DNA of 64,000 bases from a virus. Below the pieces are notes generated by a model. The model was given only the letters and a program-made list of their open reading frames with translations, was not told the origin of the DNA and did not search any database. Made by a program: the position numbers and the translations under genes. Positions 1 through 11,100 of this stretch are shown in pieces (the first letter of the stretch is position 1; each line of letters starts with the position of its first letter). The stretch lies in the IMG/VR virus record IMGVR_UViG_3300020183_000011, one strand, 5' to 3'.

Positions 1-1
1 C

Positions 2-262
2 GACGTCAATTCTTATTATATCACATACACAGAAGGCAAGTATGCAGGAGTAAAGATAGTACTAGGCGCAGTCAAGTTCGTTGAGAACGTAGAGAAAGAT
101 AACTGTACTTTAAAATATAACTATGATATAATTGATGGTATAGTTGAAGAGTCTGATAAGAAGGACTTTGATATATACATTGGAGACACCTTGATGCAGA
201 TGTTATCTGACGGTGTTAAGAACAACGATTTAGTTTATACAGGCGGTGTTGATGAGGATTGA
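2..262 (+). CDS. 3' part of a conserved T4-like hypothetical protein upstream of gene 41 (runs off the window edge)
   Basis: Open frame DVNSYYITYTEGKYAGVKIVLGAVKF...YTGGVDED* read by hand; stop overlaps the helicase start. Confidence 0.7.
   Translation, partial: DVNSYYITYTEGKYAGVKIVLGAVKFVENVEKDNCTLKYNYDIIDGIVEESDKKDFDIYIGDTLMQMLSDGVKNNDLVYTGGVDED
104..132 (+). promoter_or_regulatory. Phage early/middle-type promoter
   Basis: TGTACT-TTAAA..(17 nt)-TATAAT; same motif as about 14 other sites. Confidence 0.65.
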
Positions 263-1640
263 AGACACAATCTTAAGTAATTTGATTCACAACGAAGAGT
301 ACTGTCGTAAGGTATTGCCATTCCTTAAGAAGAGATACTTCTCTGAACGTAAGGATGCTATGGTGTTTGAAGAGATCAATAGGTTCTTTAACACTTACAA
401 TAAGCCAATCACCAACGAGATCCTTCAGATCGAGGTTGGCAATCGTAAGGACATGTCAGACACAGACTTTAATGAAACAATGATAGCTGTCAAGAACCTT
501 ACAAAACAAGATACAAATGAGGAGTGGTTGTTAAATGAAACGGAAACTTTTTGCAAGAAGAAAGCAGTATACAATGCCATACTCGACTCCATCGCGATCA
601 TTGATGGAAGAGATAAAGAAAGACAAGATGACGCTATTCCATCGTTACTATCAGATGCTCTTGGCGTTAGTTTCGATAATCATGTTGGGCATTCCTATCT
701 TGCTGATTCTGATGCACGCTATGAGTTCTATCATAAAGTAGAAGAGAAGGTTAGGTTCGACCTTGACATGTTGAATAAGATCACTAAGGGTGGTCTAAGT
801 AACAAGACATTAAACGTAGTGCTTGCAGGCACAGGTGTAGGTAAGTCATTATTCATGTGTCATTGTGCCGCGGCAAACTTACTAGCAAATAAAAATGTAT
901 TGTATATAACCATGGAGATGGCTGAAGAACGTATCGCAGAACGTATCGATGCAAACTTACTTAACCTCTCTATGGATGAGTTAAAGGTGGTCGATAAACC
1001 CATCTTTGATAATCGGTTAGATAAGGTCAGGAAAAAGTCTGAAGGTAAACTTATCATCAAGGAATACCCAACTGCCGGTGCCCATGCTGGTCATTTTAGG
1101 GCATTACTTGAAGAGTTAAAGCTTAAACAAGAGTTTACTCCTGACATTATCTACATCGATTATCTAAATATATGTAGTTCACAACGACTTCGATATGGGG
1201 CTAACGTAAACAGTTATACCTATGTCAAGACGATTGCTGAAGAACTAAGGGGTTTGGCAGTTGAGTATAATGTACCTATAGTGAGTGCCACACAGACTAC
1301 TCGGTCCGGTTTTACGAATTCCGACCCAGGTCTTGAGGACACATCCGAATCCTTTGGTTTGCCAGCAACTGTTGATCTCATGTTAGCTTTGATATCTACA
1401 GAAGATCTTGAAGCTCTAGGTCAAATCATGATCAAACAACTTAAGAATAGATACAACGACCCATCTTATTACAAACGATTCGTCATCGGTGTTGATAGGT
1501 CTAAGATGAAGCTATTTGACGTGGAAGTATCGGCACAGACTAACATAGCAGATGCAGGTCAAGACGATAAGCCTGTGTTTGATAAGTCTGAGTTTGGCCG
1601 GCGATCCAACGCCGAAGGGTTTACTGGATTCAAGTTTTAA
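252..1640 (+). CDS. 41: Replicative DNA helicase (T4 gp41-like, DnaB family)
   Basis: Walker A AGTGVGKS, YITMEM, IYIDYL, SATQTTR, QLKNRY; ATG 252 preferred over GTG 246. Confidence 0.97.
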   Translation: MRIEDTILSNLIHNEEYCRKVLPFLKKRYFSERKDAMVFEEINRFFNTYNKPITNEILQIEVGNRKDMSDTDFNETMIAVKNLTKQDTNEEWLLNETETFCKKKAVYNAILDSIAIIDGRDKERQDDAIPSLLSDALGVSFDNHVGHSYLADSDARYEFYHKVEEKVRFDLDMLNKITKGGLSNKTLNVVLAGTGVGKSLFMCHCAAANLLANKNVLYITMEMAEERIAERIDANLLNLSMDELKVVDKPIFDNRLDKVRKKSEGKLIIKEYPTAGAHAGHFRALLEELKLKQEFTPDIIYIDYLNICSSQRLRYGANVNSYTYVKTIAEELRGLAVEYNVPIVSATQTTRSGFTNSDPGLEDTSESFGLPATVDLMLALISTEDLEALGQIMIKQLKNRYNDPSYYKRFVIGVDRSKMKLFDVEVSAQTNIADAGQDDKPVFDKSEFGRRSNAEGFTGFKF

Positions 1641-1642
1641 AC

Positions 1643-1664
1643 AGGGAGCTACGGCTCCCTTTTT
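1643..1664 (+). terminator. Rho-independent terminator
   Basis: AGGGAGC-TACG-GCTCCCT hairpin (UNCG loop) followed by a T tract. Confidence 0.9.
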
Positions 1665-1668
1665 GTTA

Positions 1669-1676
1669 TATAAATA
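1669..1676 (+). promoter_or_regulatory. T4-type late promoter
   Basis: TATAAATA 4 nt before ATG 1681. Confidence 0.85.
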
Positions 1677-1680
1677 ACCA

Positions 1681-2670
1681 ATGGACATCATATCATTTAT
1701 AAAAAAATCTCTAGCACAAGTTACAGTAACTGCAGATAAAAAAGATATTGTAGTTAAATCAAAGGATAGAGAAAAGACTAAAGCAGCTCTAGAGAAGGCT
1801 CTTAAAGCCAAGAACATAAAGTTTAAGAGTGTATTTAAGAAAAGTAAATCTTCAAGCTTAGACGTGCTTGAGGTCTCTGGCTATGCTGGCGATATCATAT
1901 TTAAACCAATCATTCAAAAGGGAGCTGGAGGGGTTGGTTTCGAAAAAGAACTTAAACTCGATCTTGAAAACTACTTTAATGGTGCAAATAAAAAAGACCT
2001 AAAACATGGAGATGTTTTAGCTGAGCTAGAAAAAGTATTAAAGATGACCCAGCGTTCAGGATACAAAGTAATCCATGAAGGATCTAAAAATCAAAAGAGA
2101 CTATTAACATATTCTCCAGGTAAACTATCAGTAAGTAACTCGACAGGAGTTACACTAACAGACTTAACTTTAGAAAAGGCTGGCAAAAAAGTATACCTAT
2201 CTCTTAAGATGTCTAAGTCATACTATATCTTATCAGCATCTATATTCAATTACTTTTTAGATAAAAAACTTAACTCATCACTATGCGAGTATTTAGGACT
2301 TGATGGGGCAATGATGGGTGGGTTTGGTAAAGAGTATTATTGTGTTACTAAAAAACCAAACTATAATAGAGTAAGAGCAAACATAGAAAAATTCTTGTCT
2401 GTAGCTTATGGTTCAAACGTAGTTATAGTTCACAAGAAGATGATGAACAATGTCATGGTATCTGATATCAAGTCATCAGCTTCAGTTAAGGTATCAGATC
2501 TTGATGCTGAATCATATATCTATCCTGAAGTAGGTAAACGTAAGTATGCTGCCATCAAATTTAACGCTGACATCAATAAGCATAAATATATAGTTAATTT
2601 CCAATTTCGTGGAACCACGGCCACTGACACGGGCCCTAAATACCTCAGGATTTTAATGGAAAGGTTGTAA
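1681..2670 (+). CDS. Basic hypothetical protein, possible PD-(D/E)XK-like nuclease fold
   Basis: 329-aa Lys-rich ORF; G..FEKE ... TDLTL ... YLSLK pattern. Confidence 0.45.
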   Translation: MDIISFIKKSLAQVTVTADKKDIVVKSKDREKTKAALEKALKAKNIKFKSVFKKSKSSSLDVLEVSGYAGDIIFKPIIQKGAGGVGFEKELKLDLENYFNGANKKDLKHGDVLAELEKVLKMTQRSGYKVIHEGSKNQKRLLTYSPGKLSVSNSTGVTLTDLTLEKAGKKVYLSLKMSKSYYILSASIFNYFLDKKLNSSLCEYLGLDGAMMGGFGKEYYCVTKKPNYNRVRANIEKFLSVAYGSNVVIVHKKMMNNVMVSDIKSSASVKVSDLDAESYIYPEVGKRKYAAIKFNADINKHKYIVNFQFRGTTATDTGPKYLRILMERL

Positions 2671-2729
2671 CAATTCGTTACAAACTGTTACAATTTGGTA
2701 ACACCTTTAATTAAGATGTATGGTATAAT
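2667..2729 (+). promoter_or_regulatory. Four phased GTWACA boxes overlapping a promoter with a weak -35 and extended -10
   Basis: GTAACA 2667, GTTACA 2677, GTTACA 2687, GTAACA 2698; TGGTATAAT at 2721-2729. Confidence 0.6.
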
Positions 2730-2746
2730 AAGAATATAGAGAATTT

Positions 2747-3364
2747 ATGCTCAATTTTAAAGAATATATAAAAGAACAACAGGAATTTAAGCCAGGTTAC
2801 CTAACCATATTTGACATAGATGACACTCTATTCCATACGACTGCCAAGATCATAATACGTAAGTCTGGTAAGGCTATAAAGAAGCTTACTAGTGGTGAGT
2901 TTAATACCTATAAATTAGGTCCTGGAGAGTCCCCAGACTTCTATGAGTTCGAAGATGCAGAGAAGTTCAATAAAGAATCTAAGCCAATCACTAAGATGTT
3001 TAATAAGGCTAAGGCCCTCTTAGCTGATACCAAGAAGCATCCAAACAACAAAGTAATCATAGTCACAGCAAGGCCAAACCTAGACGATAGGGAAACCTTC
3101 TTAAATACATTTAGGAAGTTTAACTTTGACATCGATAAGGTTCGAGTAGAAAGGGCTGGAAGGATCAGTTCTTTAAACGCGGCCCAAAGTAAAGCTGTCA
3201 TCATCAATAACTACTTGAAAACAAAACAGTTTGACAAAGTTAGGCTGTTTGACGATAGTATAAATAATCTTAATGAGTTTCTCAAGTTAGAGAAACATTT
3301 CCCAAGCATTAAATTTACTGCTTGGCATGCACATACAGATGGGACAGTGAGACAAGTCAAATGA
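2747..3364 (+). CDS. HAD-superfamily phosphatase with capsid-targeting-like N-terminus
   Basis: IFDIDDTLF (DxDxT), IVTAR, LFDD motifs; N-terminus MLNFKEYIKE. Confidence 0.8.
   Translation: MLNFKEYIKEQQEFKPGYLTIFDIDDTLFHTTAKIIIRKSGKAIKKLTSGEFNTYKLGPGESPDFYEFEDAEKFNKESKPITKMFNKAKALLADTKKHPNNKVIIVTARPNLDDRETFLNTFRKFNFDIDKVRVERAGRISSLNAAQSKAVIINNYLKTKQFDKVRLFDDSINNLNEFLKLEKHFPSIKFTAWHAHTDGTVRQVK
3259..3266 (+). promoter_or_regulatory. Late promoter inside the HAD gene
   Basis: TATAAATA about 95 nt upstream of ATG 3361. Confidence 0.6.
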
Positions 3365-4545
3365 TTAAGTTTACAGAATTCTTAACAGAAGCCGCAGATG
3401 ACGGCAAATTAAAGCATATCCACCATCCAGAGGATCGTCCACTGATGCATGGTAAAAAGGGGTTTGAACATGCCTTTGGTGCTTTAAGTCAAGCACATGA
3501 ACACTTAAAGTCTGGTAAGAAGAGCACTGATATGACCATGAAGTATGATGGCTCTCCAGCTATTGTATTCGGTCATCACCCAAAGACAGGTAAGTTCTTC
3601 GTAGCTTCTAAGTCTGCATTCAACAAGAACCCAAAGATTAACTATTCTTTAGAAGACATCGAACGTAATCACGGTCATGCTCTAGGTCTTGTACAAAAAC
3701 TATCTGCAGCATTAGAACACCTACCTAAAGTATCACCTAAGAAGGGTGTATTCCAAGGTGACATGATGTTTAGTCACGGAGATGTGGTGCATAACCCAAA
3801 CGGATCAGCTTCATTTACACCGAACACCATCACTTACTCTGCTCATGGTACAGAAGCTAACAATATTAAGAAAGCAAAGGTTGGTGTAGTCGTACACCAA
3901 CAGTATCGTGGATTAGATTTACATACTATGAAGGCTAGTCCTAATATCGAACATAAGTTTAAAGCACATCCAGATGTATGGCATAAAGGTGCAGAACATG
4001 ATACATCGTTCACTAACTACTCGCCTAAGTCACAACTAGAATTTAATAAACACATGGAGAAAGCTAAGGCTATCCATGATACACATCATAAGACGATGTA
4101 TCCGCTTACAGAGCCTCATCATGGAGAAGGCGGCCATCTAGCTACATATATAAACAAAACGGTCAGGAACGATGAGAAGCCAACACCACGTGGCTTTCAA
4201 CAGCATATCCTTGACAGATCACAAGCATCACAAGATAAACTTAAGACTGCTGCAGCTGCACAGAAGAAACAAGCTGAGGCAAGATCACACGTTGATCATA
4301 TACAGAAAAACAAAGAACACTATGATAATTTATTGAAGATGCACCAGCATCTAGCAGCGGCAAAGAACACGTTGGTGTCAGCGCTTAATGCCCATCCCGG
4401 TACATTAAGTCATCATATCAATGGTAAACCAACTGCACCTGAAGGTTTTGTAGTACACCATCAGAACGAGCCAACTAAGTTGGTTAATCGAGCAGAGTTT
4501 AGTAAAGCAAACCTTTTAAAAGGAAAAAAGAATGTTAACATTTAA
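3361..4545 (+). CDS. Conserved T4-like protein (DUF6267-like) with ATP-dependent ligase/nucleotidyltransferase motifs
   Basis: MKYDGSP (motif I KxDG), VFQGD (III), EGFVV (IV), KLVNR (V); N-terminus MIKFTEFLTE. Confidence 0.65.
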   Translation: MIKFTEFLTEAADDGKLKHIHHPEDRPLMHGKKGFEHAFGALSQAHEHLKSGKKSTDMTMKYDGSPAIVFGHHPKTGKFFVASKSAFNKNPKINYSLEDIERNHGHALGLVQKLSAALEHLPKVSPKKGVFQGDMMFSHGDVVHNPNGSASFTPNTITYSAHGTEANNIKKAKVGVVVHQQYRGLDLHTMKASPNIEHKFKAHPDVWHKGAEHDTSFTNYSPKSQLEFNKHMEKAKAIHDTHHKTMYPLTEPHHGEGGHLATYINKTVRNDEKPTPRGFQQHILDRSQASQDKLKTAAAAQKKQAEARSHVDHIQKNKEHYDNLLKMHQHLAAAKNTLVSALNAHPGTLSHHINGKPTAPEGFVVHHQNEPTKLVNRAEFSKANLLKGKKNVNI

Positions 4546-4822
4546 AGAGTATCTATTAGAGTATGCGATCGACGCTAAAGGTCATAAGTCTTCTACAGGC
4601 GGGTTGACTAAGAAAGGTGTTGATGCATACAACAGAGAAAACCCTGGCAGCAACTTAAAGATGGCCGTAACTACAAAACCATCTAAGTTAAAACCTGGAA
4701 GCAAAGCAGCAGGCCGACGTAAGTCATTCTGTGCTCGTATGGGTGGAGTCAAAGGCCCAATGAAGGACGAGAACGGTAAACCAACAAGGAAGGCACTTGC
4801 CTTAAGGAAATGGAATTGCTAA
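4532..4822 (+). CDS. Small basic conserved phage protein (DUF6321-like)
   Basis: GGLTKKGV...RRKSFCARM...ALRKWNC; N-terminus MLTFKEYLLE. Confidence 0.75.
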   Translation: MLTFKEYLLEYAIDAKGHKSSTGGLTKKGVDAYNRENPGSNLKMAVTTKPSKLKPGSKAAGRRKSFCARMGGVKGPMKDENGKPTRKALALRKWNC

Positions 4823-5421
4823 ACTTTAAAGAATACTTAAAAGAAGAAACTGATGCTAAGCACCATGTCTTAGCATTTGGTCGTATGAACCCACCTACAA
4901 CTGGTCATATGAAGGTGATTGATAAGGTGCACGATGTTGCGGCTAAACATAGCGCTAGTCATGGCGTCGTTACTTCACATAGCCAAGACAAGAAGAAAAA
5001 CCCTTTGACTGCTGCACAAAAGTTGAAACATTTAAAACGTTATTCTCCACAGACAAACTTTAAAGCATCATCTCCTGAGAGTCCAACTATACTACATCAT
5101 GCTGCTGATCTACATAAGAAAGGTATAACACACTTACATGTGGTGGTTGGTTCTGATCGTAAGAAAGAGATGCATGATTTACTACATAAGTATAATAATA
5201 AAGAATCTGGTCATGGTCATTATAACTTTAAGAAGATAACTGTACATTCTGCAGGTAGTAGAGACCCAGATGCTGAAGGTACTAGTGGAGTATCAGGTAC
5301 TAAACAAAGAGAACATGCCGCGATAAAACACTTTGACAAGTTTAAGAAGGGCGTGCCTTCACATGTATCAGATGCACACGCTAAAGAATTAATGCACGAC
5401 GTACACCATGGGATGAAATAA
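4816..5421 (+). CDS. Cytidylyltransferase-like (HxGH nucleotidyltransferase) protein
   Basis: FGRMNPPTTGH, KKNPL, VVGSDR, SGTKQR; TTG 4816 gives MLNFKEYLKE (ATG 4810 is the alternative). Confidence 0.85.
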   Translation: MLNFKEYLKEETDAKHHVLAFGRMNPPTTGHMKVIDKVHDVAAKHSASHGVVTSHSQDKKKNPLTAAQKLKHLKRYSPQTNFKASSPESPTILHHAADLHKKGITHLHVVVGSDRKKEMHDLLHKYNNKESGHGHYNFKKITVHSAGSRDPDAEGTSGVSGTKQREHAAIKHFDKFKKGVPSHVSDAHAKELMHDVHHGMK

Positions 5422-5768
5422 TGAAACAACTAATCTTAGCATCACTATTATTAACTGGCTGTAGCTTCATCATGCCAGTACCACATGATCCAGCCGAAGC
5501 TGCAAAGCTCGTGGATGTTAAACAGAAGATGGAGACTCTAACCTGTGATGCTACAAAGGACTTCCCAAGATGGCAGTCAACCGTAGACGACCTTAGATGG
5601 TTAAACCTATACACAGAGTTTAGAGCAGACCCACAAGCAAAGACTATTGAGGAACTATATTTCGCAATCCAAAAGGCTAGGGACGGTTCAGTACCTTACT
5701 GTGAAGCCGCTTTAAAACTACAAAAGACTCGTATTCAAGTAATCGAGAAAGCATGGAAAGGAAGGTAA
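5421..5768 (+). CDS. Putative lipoprotein
   Basis: Signal peptide with lipobox LLLTG-C. Confidence 0.7.
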   Translation: MKQLILASLLLTGCSFIMPVPHDPAEAAKLVDVKQKMETLTCDATKDFPRWQSTVDDLRWLNLYTEFRADPQAKTIEELYFAIQKARDGSVPYCEAALKLQKTRIQVIEKAWKGR

Positions 5769-5769
5769 T

Positions 5770-6006
5770 ATGTCAGTATTAGACGACTTAAGAACGGCAA
5801 TGAAAGAGCCAGGCATCAAAGGTGCATTGGCCCAACAACTACATGACATCACAGAACAATACAATGATGGCATCCTTACAGAAGCTGAATTTAAAGACTT
5901 GGTAGAACAGATTGCTGATGTCCAAGCTAACGATGAGCTTGCAGGAGATGAGGTAACTTCAAGATGGGTCGTAAATATAACTAAAGTGATTCTCTCGGCC
6001 GTATAA
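5770..6006 (+). CDS. Hypothetical acidic protein
   Basis: 78-aa ORF with SD (GAAGG) in an operon. Confidence 0.7.
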   Translation: MSVLDDLRTAMKEPGIKGALAQQLHDITEQYNDGILTEAEFKDLVEQIADVQANDELAGDEVTSRWVVNITKVILSAV

Positions 6007-6009
6007 ATA
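6002..6009 (+). promoter_or_regulatory. Late promoter
   Basis: TATAAATA. Confidence 0.8.
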
Positions 6010-6038
6010 ATAGTAATACCTTATATAGATGGAATAAA

Positions 6039-7712
6039 ATGAAGAACTATAGACAGCTTATCAAAGAACTGCCTTCCAAGACGCTTATAATGTCTGTTGG
6101 AAGCTTTAACCCGCCTACTCTCCAAAGCGAGATGGCTTTCAAGCTAGTCGAGAAGCTAGTTGAGACTCATAATGCTGACCATGTCATATACGTGACAGAG
6201 GAAGCAAACAACCTCCCAGTAGACAGAAAGATACACTTCCTTGATCTCATGTTCAATAAGTTAAACTTTCGTCCATTGTCAGAGGAGAAGCTAGTATCAG
6301 AGATCGGTAAGTTAAAGTCAAGGTATAAGAACGTCATCGTAGTTACTTCAGAAGACAAGTCTAAGCTATACGAGTCAATGCAAGTGGTATCCACAGGATA
6401 CCCTGACGTAGAAACACCTAAGCTCCGTTCAATGGTTACCAAAGGTGACTATCAAACATTTAAGAAAAACCTCCCGTCCTCAGTAAGAGACATCGATGCA
6501 AGACGCATGATGAACGAAATGAGACAAGCTCAAGGGCTTGAGTTCATCAAGGAAGACGTTAAGTTCTCTGTAGACATGTTAAGAGACAAGTACTTTAAAG
6601 GTGAGATCTACCACATCGGTGACATCGTTGAGTCTGCTGGACAACAATATGAAATCATGGACCGTGGATCAAACTACCTAGTGGTCGTCAATAACACAGG
6701 TGACTTATCACGTAAATGGGTAAAAGACGTGACTCTAGTCGAAGCATGCTGGAAAGGCTATAAAGCAAAAGGCCTCAAGAAAAAGGGCAACAAGATGGTG
6801 CCTAACTGTGTACCTGAGGAAGTCAAAGAAGACACAGACCCACAAGTATCCTATAAAGGATACACTACAAAGAACATGCATCACAGCGCTGACTTAGCTA
6901 AGACATTCAAGCTCGCTTCAGCAGACGCTAAGGATCCAATAGCTATGCTTAATGCTATCAAGACTACAGACACATACTTAGAGCTACATAACGATAGAGG
7001 TGATAATCCTACACTCGACCAGCTCAAGACATGGAAACATGCACACATCAAAGCTAAAGAAGCCTTACAAAAGATCGGTCACTTTGATGCACACCAAGAA
7101 CACTGGCTACAAAGCTCAGAAGCTCTAGACAAGATGTTGATACCTCATGCTTCGAAGTTAAGAGAAGAGTTAGACATCGGTAAGCATAGTAATCAAAACA
7201 TCGAGCGTTCTGTAACCATGTTCCAAAACTTCATGAAGATGGGTAAAAAAGAACCTGGCTTCATCAAAGACCCTAAATCAGGCGACTTAGCTAAACCTAT
7301 AGAGCCAAACGTTAGTCAACAGATAGATGACTTAGAGCCAAATTGGCCAAGACATGTACAGACAAAAGTTGGTCATACGTTAGCTACGCGAGACCACCTT
7401 CGCAGACAAAAAGTGCAATACGCTACAGAATCTACAAACATATTGGTAGGTGACATGATGGATGAGGACTTTGCTGTTAAGTTTTCTGAAAGTCATGGCG
7501 GAGAAGTAGGAGACGGTATAGGAGATGAAGACATAACGAAAGTTAAGTCGATACCACCACACCTTGTACCTAAAAAAGAATTCGGTGATGTTTCTAAACA
7601 AAAGGGTAAAGGGTTCTCTGCATTGTTTAATGGCAAAGAGAACGTGGACTTTGACTTTCAAACATTTAAAAACTATAGGTTGCAAAGAGAACAAGGAAAA
7701 AAGAATAAATAG
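6039..7712 (+). CDS. Multidomain protein with a degenerate cytidylyltransferase-like N-terminal domain
   Basis: VGSFNPPT (His of HxGH lost); ACWKGY...KMVPNCV module; N-terminus MKNYRQLIKE. Confidence 0.65.
   Translation: MKNYRQLIKELPSKTLIMSVGSFNPPTLQSEMAFKLVEKLVETHNADHVIYVTEEANNLPVDRKIHFLDLMFNKLNFRPLSEEKLVSEIGKLKSRYKNVIVVTSEDKSKLYESMQVVSTGYPDVETPKLRSMVTKGDYQTFKKNLPSSVRDIDARRMMNEMRQAQGLEFIKEDVKFSVDMLRDKYFKGEIYHIGDIVESAGQQYEIMDRGSNYLVVVNNTGDLSRKWVKDVTLVEACWKGYKAKGLKKKGNKMVPNCVPEEVKEDTDPQVSYKGYTTKNMHHSADLAKTFKLASADAKDPIAMLNAIKTTDTYLELHNDRGDNPTLDQLKTWKHAHIKAKEALQKIGHFDAHQEHWLQSSEALDKMLIPHASKLREELDIGKHSNQNIERSVTMFQNFMKMGKKEPGFIKDPKSGDLAKPIEPNVSQQIDDLEPNWPRHVQTKVGHTLATRDHLRRQKVQYATESTNILVGDMMDEDFAVKFSESHGGEVGDGIGDEDITKVKSIPPHLVPKKEFGDVSKQKGKGFSALFNGKENVDFDFQTFKNYRLQREQGKKNK
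7704..7711 (+). promoter_or_regulatory. Late promoter variant
   Basis: AATAAATA 4 nt before ATG 7716. Confidence 0.6.
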
Positions 7713-7715
7713 AAA

Positions 7716-8168
7716 ATGGACAAACTAATAGCATCTTTAAAAGTAATCCTTGGTAATACGTTCGTCATGTATTTCAAGACCCATTCATATCATTGGAACG
7801 TTGAAGGCATAAACTTCAGTCAGTATCATGACTTCTTTGCCACGATCTATGAAGACTTATATGGTGCTGTAGACCCATTTGCAGAAGAGATTAGAAAGCT
7901 AGATACTTATGCTCCTATCAGCTTGATGGAGTTATATAACTATAAGACTATCACAGAAGACGCTACAAAACCAACAACTATCCATGAGATGTTAGTCAAC
8001 TTGTTGATGGCAAACACAGAATTATTATCTGCTTTGTCTGCAGCCTTTGATACAGCTACAGCTGAAAAACAACAAGGCCTTGCAAACTACATAGCAGATC
8101 GTATGGCCGCACATAAGAAACATGAATGGATGTTAACAGCATCACTTAAGAACATTGGAGGAGTGTAA
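7716..8168 (+). CDS. dps: Dps / DNA-binding ferritin-like protein
   Basis: HSYHWNVEG..F...H..F...YE......D..AE ferroxidase signature; H..H.WML C-terminus. Confidence 0.93.
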   Translation: MDKLIASLKVILGNTFVMYFKTHSYHWNVEGINFSQYHDFFATIYEDLYGAVDPFAEEIRKLDTYAPISLMELYNYKTITEDATKPTTIHEMLVNLLMANTELLSALSAAFDTATAEKQQGLANYIADRMAAHKKHEWMLTASLKNIGGV

Positions 8169-11100
8169 TGAAGACGCTAAAAGAGTTTAACTTACAGATA
8201 AACGAAGTATTAAGAGCATCTGATCCCATTGATAAATGGATCTCAGACTTCGTACACTCTAAGAATGCTAAGTTTGCTGGTAAGACTACTAAAGAACGCA
8301 TCGAGATGGCAAAAGGTGCATACTATGGTGCACAAAAACATAGGATGACTAGAATGGAATCGGTAGCAGTATCGCAAAATAGTACAGCTAAAGTAGATAT
8401 GAGAGAAGCCGCGCGTGAACATTTAGTACATGTTAACGATGGTTCTAAGTATGACGAAGAGCCTCATGAAAAAGATGTAGAGCATATCATGGCTGGTGTT
8501 AAACAACATGGTGGTGAACACGCTGGTGCATCTGACAAAGGTGTATTCTTTAAGTTCAAATCAAAAGAACATGCTGATGCATTTAAAGCTCATGCCAATA
8601 AATGTCCTAATAAATCATGCGACGCAGAGCATGTTACAGAAGGATATGAGAATGACATGGTTGATAAGAAAAAGGTATTGAACCCTCCAATTCCACTAAC
8701 ACAAAAGAAAAAGGCTGTTAAAGACTTCCTCAAGAAAGAGGAAGCAGAACTAGACGAAGGTAAAGTATACGACCCTATCACTAAGAAGATGGTAGCTAGT
8801 AAACCTATCAAAGTTCAAGCTGGTGGAGGTGCTACAAGAAACGGTGTTCCTGTAGAGACTGGTCCATCTAAATACAAGAGTAAGCTGCCTATGAGTAAAG
8901 CTGCTGCAGTATTAGCTGCAGAAGAGATAGGAATAGATGAAGGCGATAACGGTTTAGCAGCAAAAGCTAAGAAGTCTGGTGTATCCTTATCTACACTCAA
9001 GACAGTATACAAGAGAGGCGTAGCCGCATGGAACTCCGGTCATCGTCCAGGTACAACGCCTGCACAATGGGGTATGGCACGCGTTAACTCATACATCACA
9101 AAGGGTAAAGGTACATATCACGGAGCCGATAAAGACCTACGTGAAGACGCACGTCTTGATAAGAAAGAATACCATAAAGGTATGAGTGCTGCTACCGCAA
9201 AAGCTCGTGTAGCACATTGGAAAAAAGCAGATAAGATGTCTGACAGCAATCCAAAGGCATATAAGCCAGCACCTGGTGACAAGACTGCAAAGACTACACC
9301 AAGCGTACATACTAAGAAGTACCATGCTATGTACGGAGAAGCTAAAGAAGGTAAAAATAAGTGGCACATCTATGATACTAAGACAAGAGAAGTTCATAGT
9401 ACATATAATAATAAGAATGTAGCCATACGTAAGTATGAAGAACTAAACGATAAGCATAAGGGTTATGATAGTCCAGGTGGTTTAGTACACTCTAAATATG
9501 GTCTTAGACAAGAGCTACAGAAAGAAGAGACAGAGATCAATGAGATATCTAAATATACATTAGCTAGATATATCGATAAGGCTGCACAAGACGTACATGA
9601 TAAAGCTTTAGCTGCTGGTTCACATCATGGCGGTAAGAGCTATAAAGAATTCATGAAGAACTATACTAAGTCTGGTAAAAGACAAGCTGGTATCACTAGA
9701 GCTGCAGTTAAGCTTGCTACACAAAAAGAAGAGGTACAAGTAGACGAAGCTATCGCTAAGAAGTTGCCAGTACAGCATGCAGTGAATGCTGTAACTAAGA
9801 CATTAGGTTCACAAGCTGCTACAAGGTTCTTAGGTCATCTAAAACCTGGTACAGATAAACATACATCATGGGATAAAGTAAACGATGCTTTGATGAAGCA
9901 AGGTGTACAAACACATCACATCGCTTCTATAGCACAAAAGACTTCTCATGAAAACATGAATGAATCAAGAGGTCATAAAGTATTAGCAACGTTCTTTAAG
10001 AACAGAGAAGTTGCACAAAGAGCTTTTACTGGCCAAAATCAACCTAAAGCTGCTGAACCAAAAGAAACTGATAAAAATAAGTTGCCTATGAGTAAAGCTG
10101 CAGCAGTATTAGCAGCAGAAGATCAATACACTTCAGAGTATAAGATCAAGTATTATGTAGACCCGATTACTGGTGAGAACAAACAAAGAAAGATTAGGCC
10201 TCACCGTGTCAACTTTAAAAACAGTAAGATGCATGGAGAACCAGTACAACAAGATGCACAAGCAGATTACGGCATGAAAGAAGGATATGTAGCAGAAGGT
10301 GGTTTCGATAACTATCATGAGATAGCTAAGGAACTTGTTAAACGTCATGGTAAGAACGTTGATTCTGGTCATATCAATGACATAGCTGGCGAGAGAGATA
10401 CTCACAGAGGTCTTGATCATTCCGAAGTCATGCATCATGTTAACAAGATACTAAACAAAGAAGTTAAAGAAGGTGATGAGTATGATGAAGTATGGAAAGA
10501 ATACAAAGGAAAAACATTTAAAAAGGAAAGTCGTATGATTAATTTTAAAGACTACTTAAAAGAAGCTTTATCAGCTAAACAAAAGAAGATCGCTGCTATC
10601 GCTGGCGATAAAGATAAGATCGATGCTGATGATCTAGCTGCTTTAAGAGCTGGTAAGAAGCCTGTAGAAGAAGCTAAGAAGTGCATGGACGAAGATGACA
10701 TGGACGAATCAGGTCTTCGTATGGCTGCACACGCGGCTCATAAAGCTGGTAAGAAAGAGTTTGAGTTTCAAGGCAAGACTTATCCAGTTAAAGTACAAAA
10801 AGAAGGCGTGTTAAAGCCTGAACTTGAAAAAGGTTTCCCTGCACGTGGTGTAAAGACTGGTGCTTCTGCCCCAAAAGGTACAACATACATGCCTAAGAAA
10901 AATGTTAAAGAAGAAGTAGAACAGATCGACGAGTTATCTAAGAAGACACTAGGTTCTTATGCGCATAAAGCTGTCGATGACACGCAAGATAAAGTTCATG
11001 ATGCTTATGATTCAGGAACACCAACAAGACATGAACTTGAGGTGCAAGGTGGAAAAAATAATGATGGAAAATACGGATATAAACCTCTTCAAAATAGATT

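Noticed and set aside
2667-2703. Pho box, CRP or NtcA site
   Set aside because: Half-sites and spacing do not match CTGTCAT 11-bp repeats, TGTGA-N6-TCACA or GTA-N8-TAC
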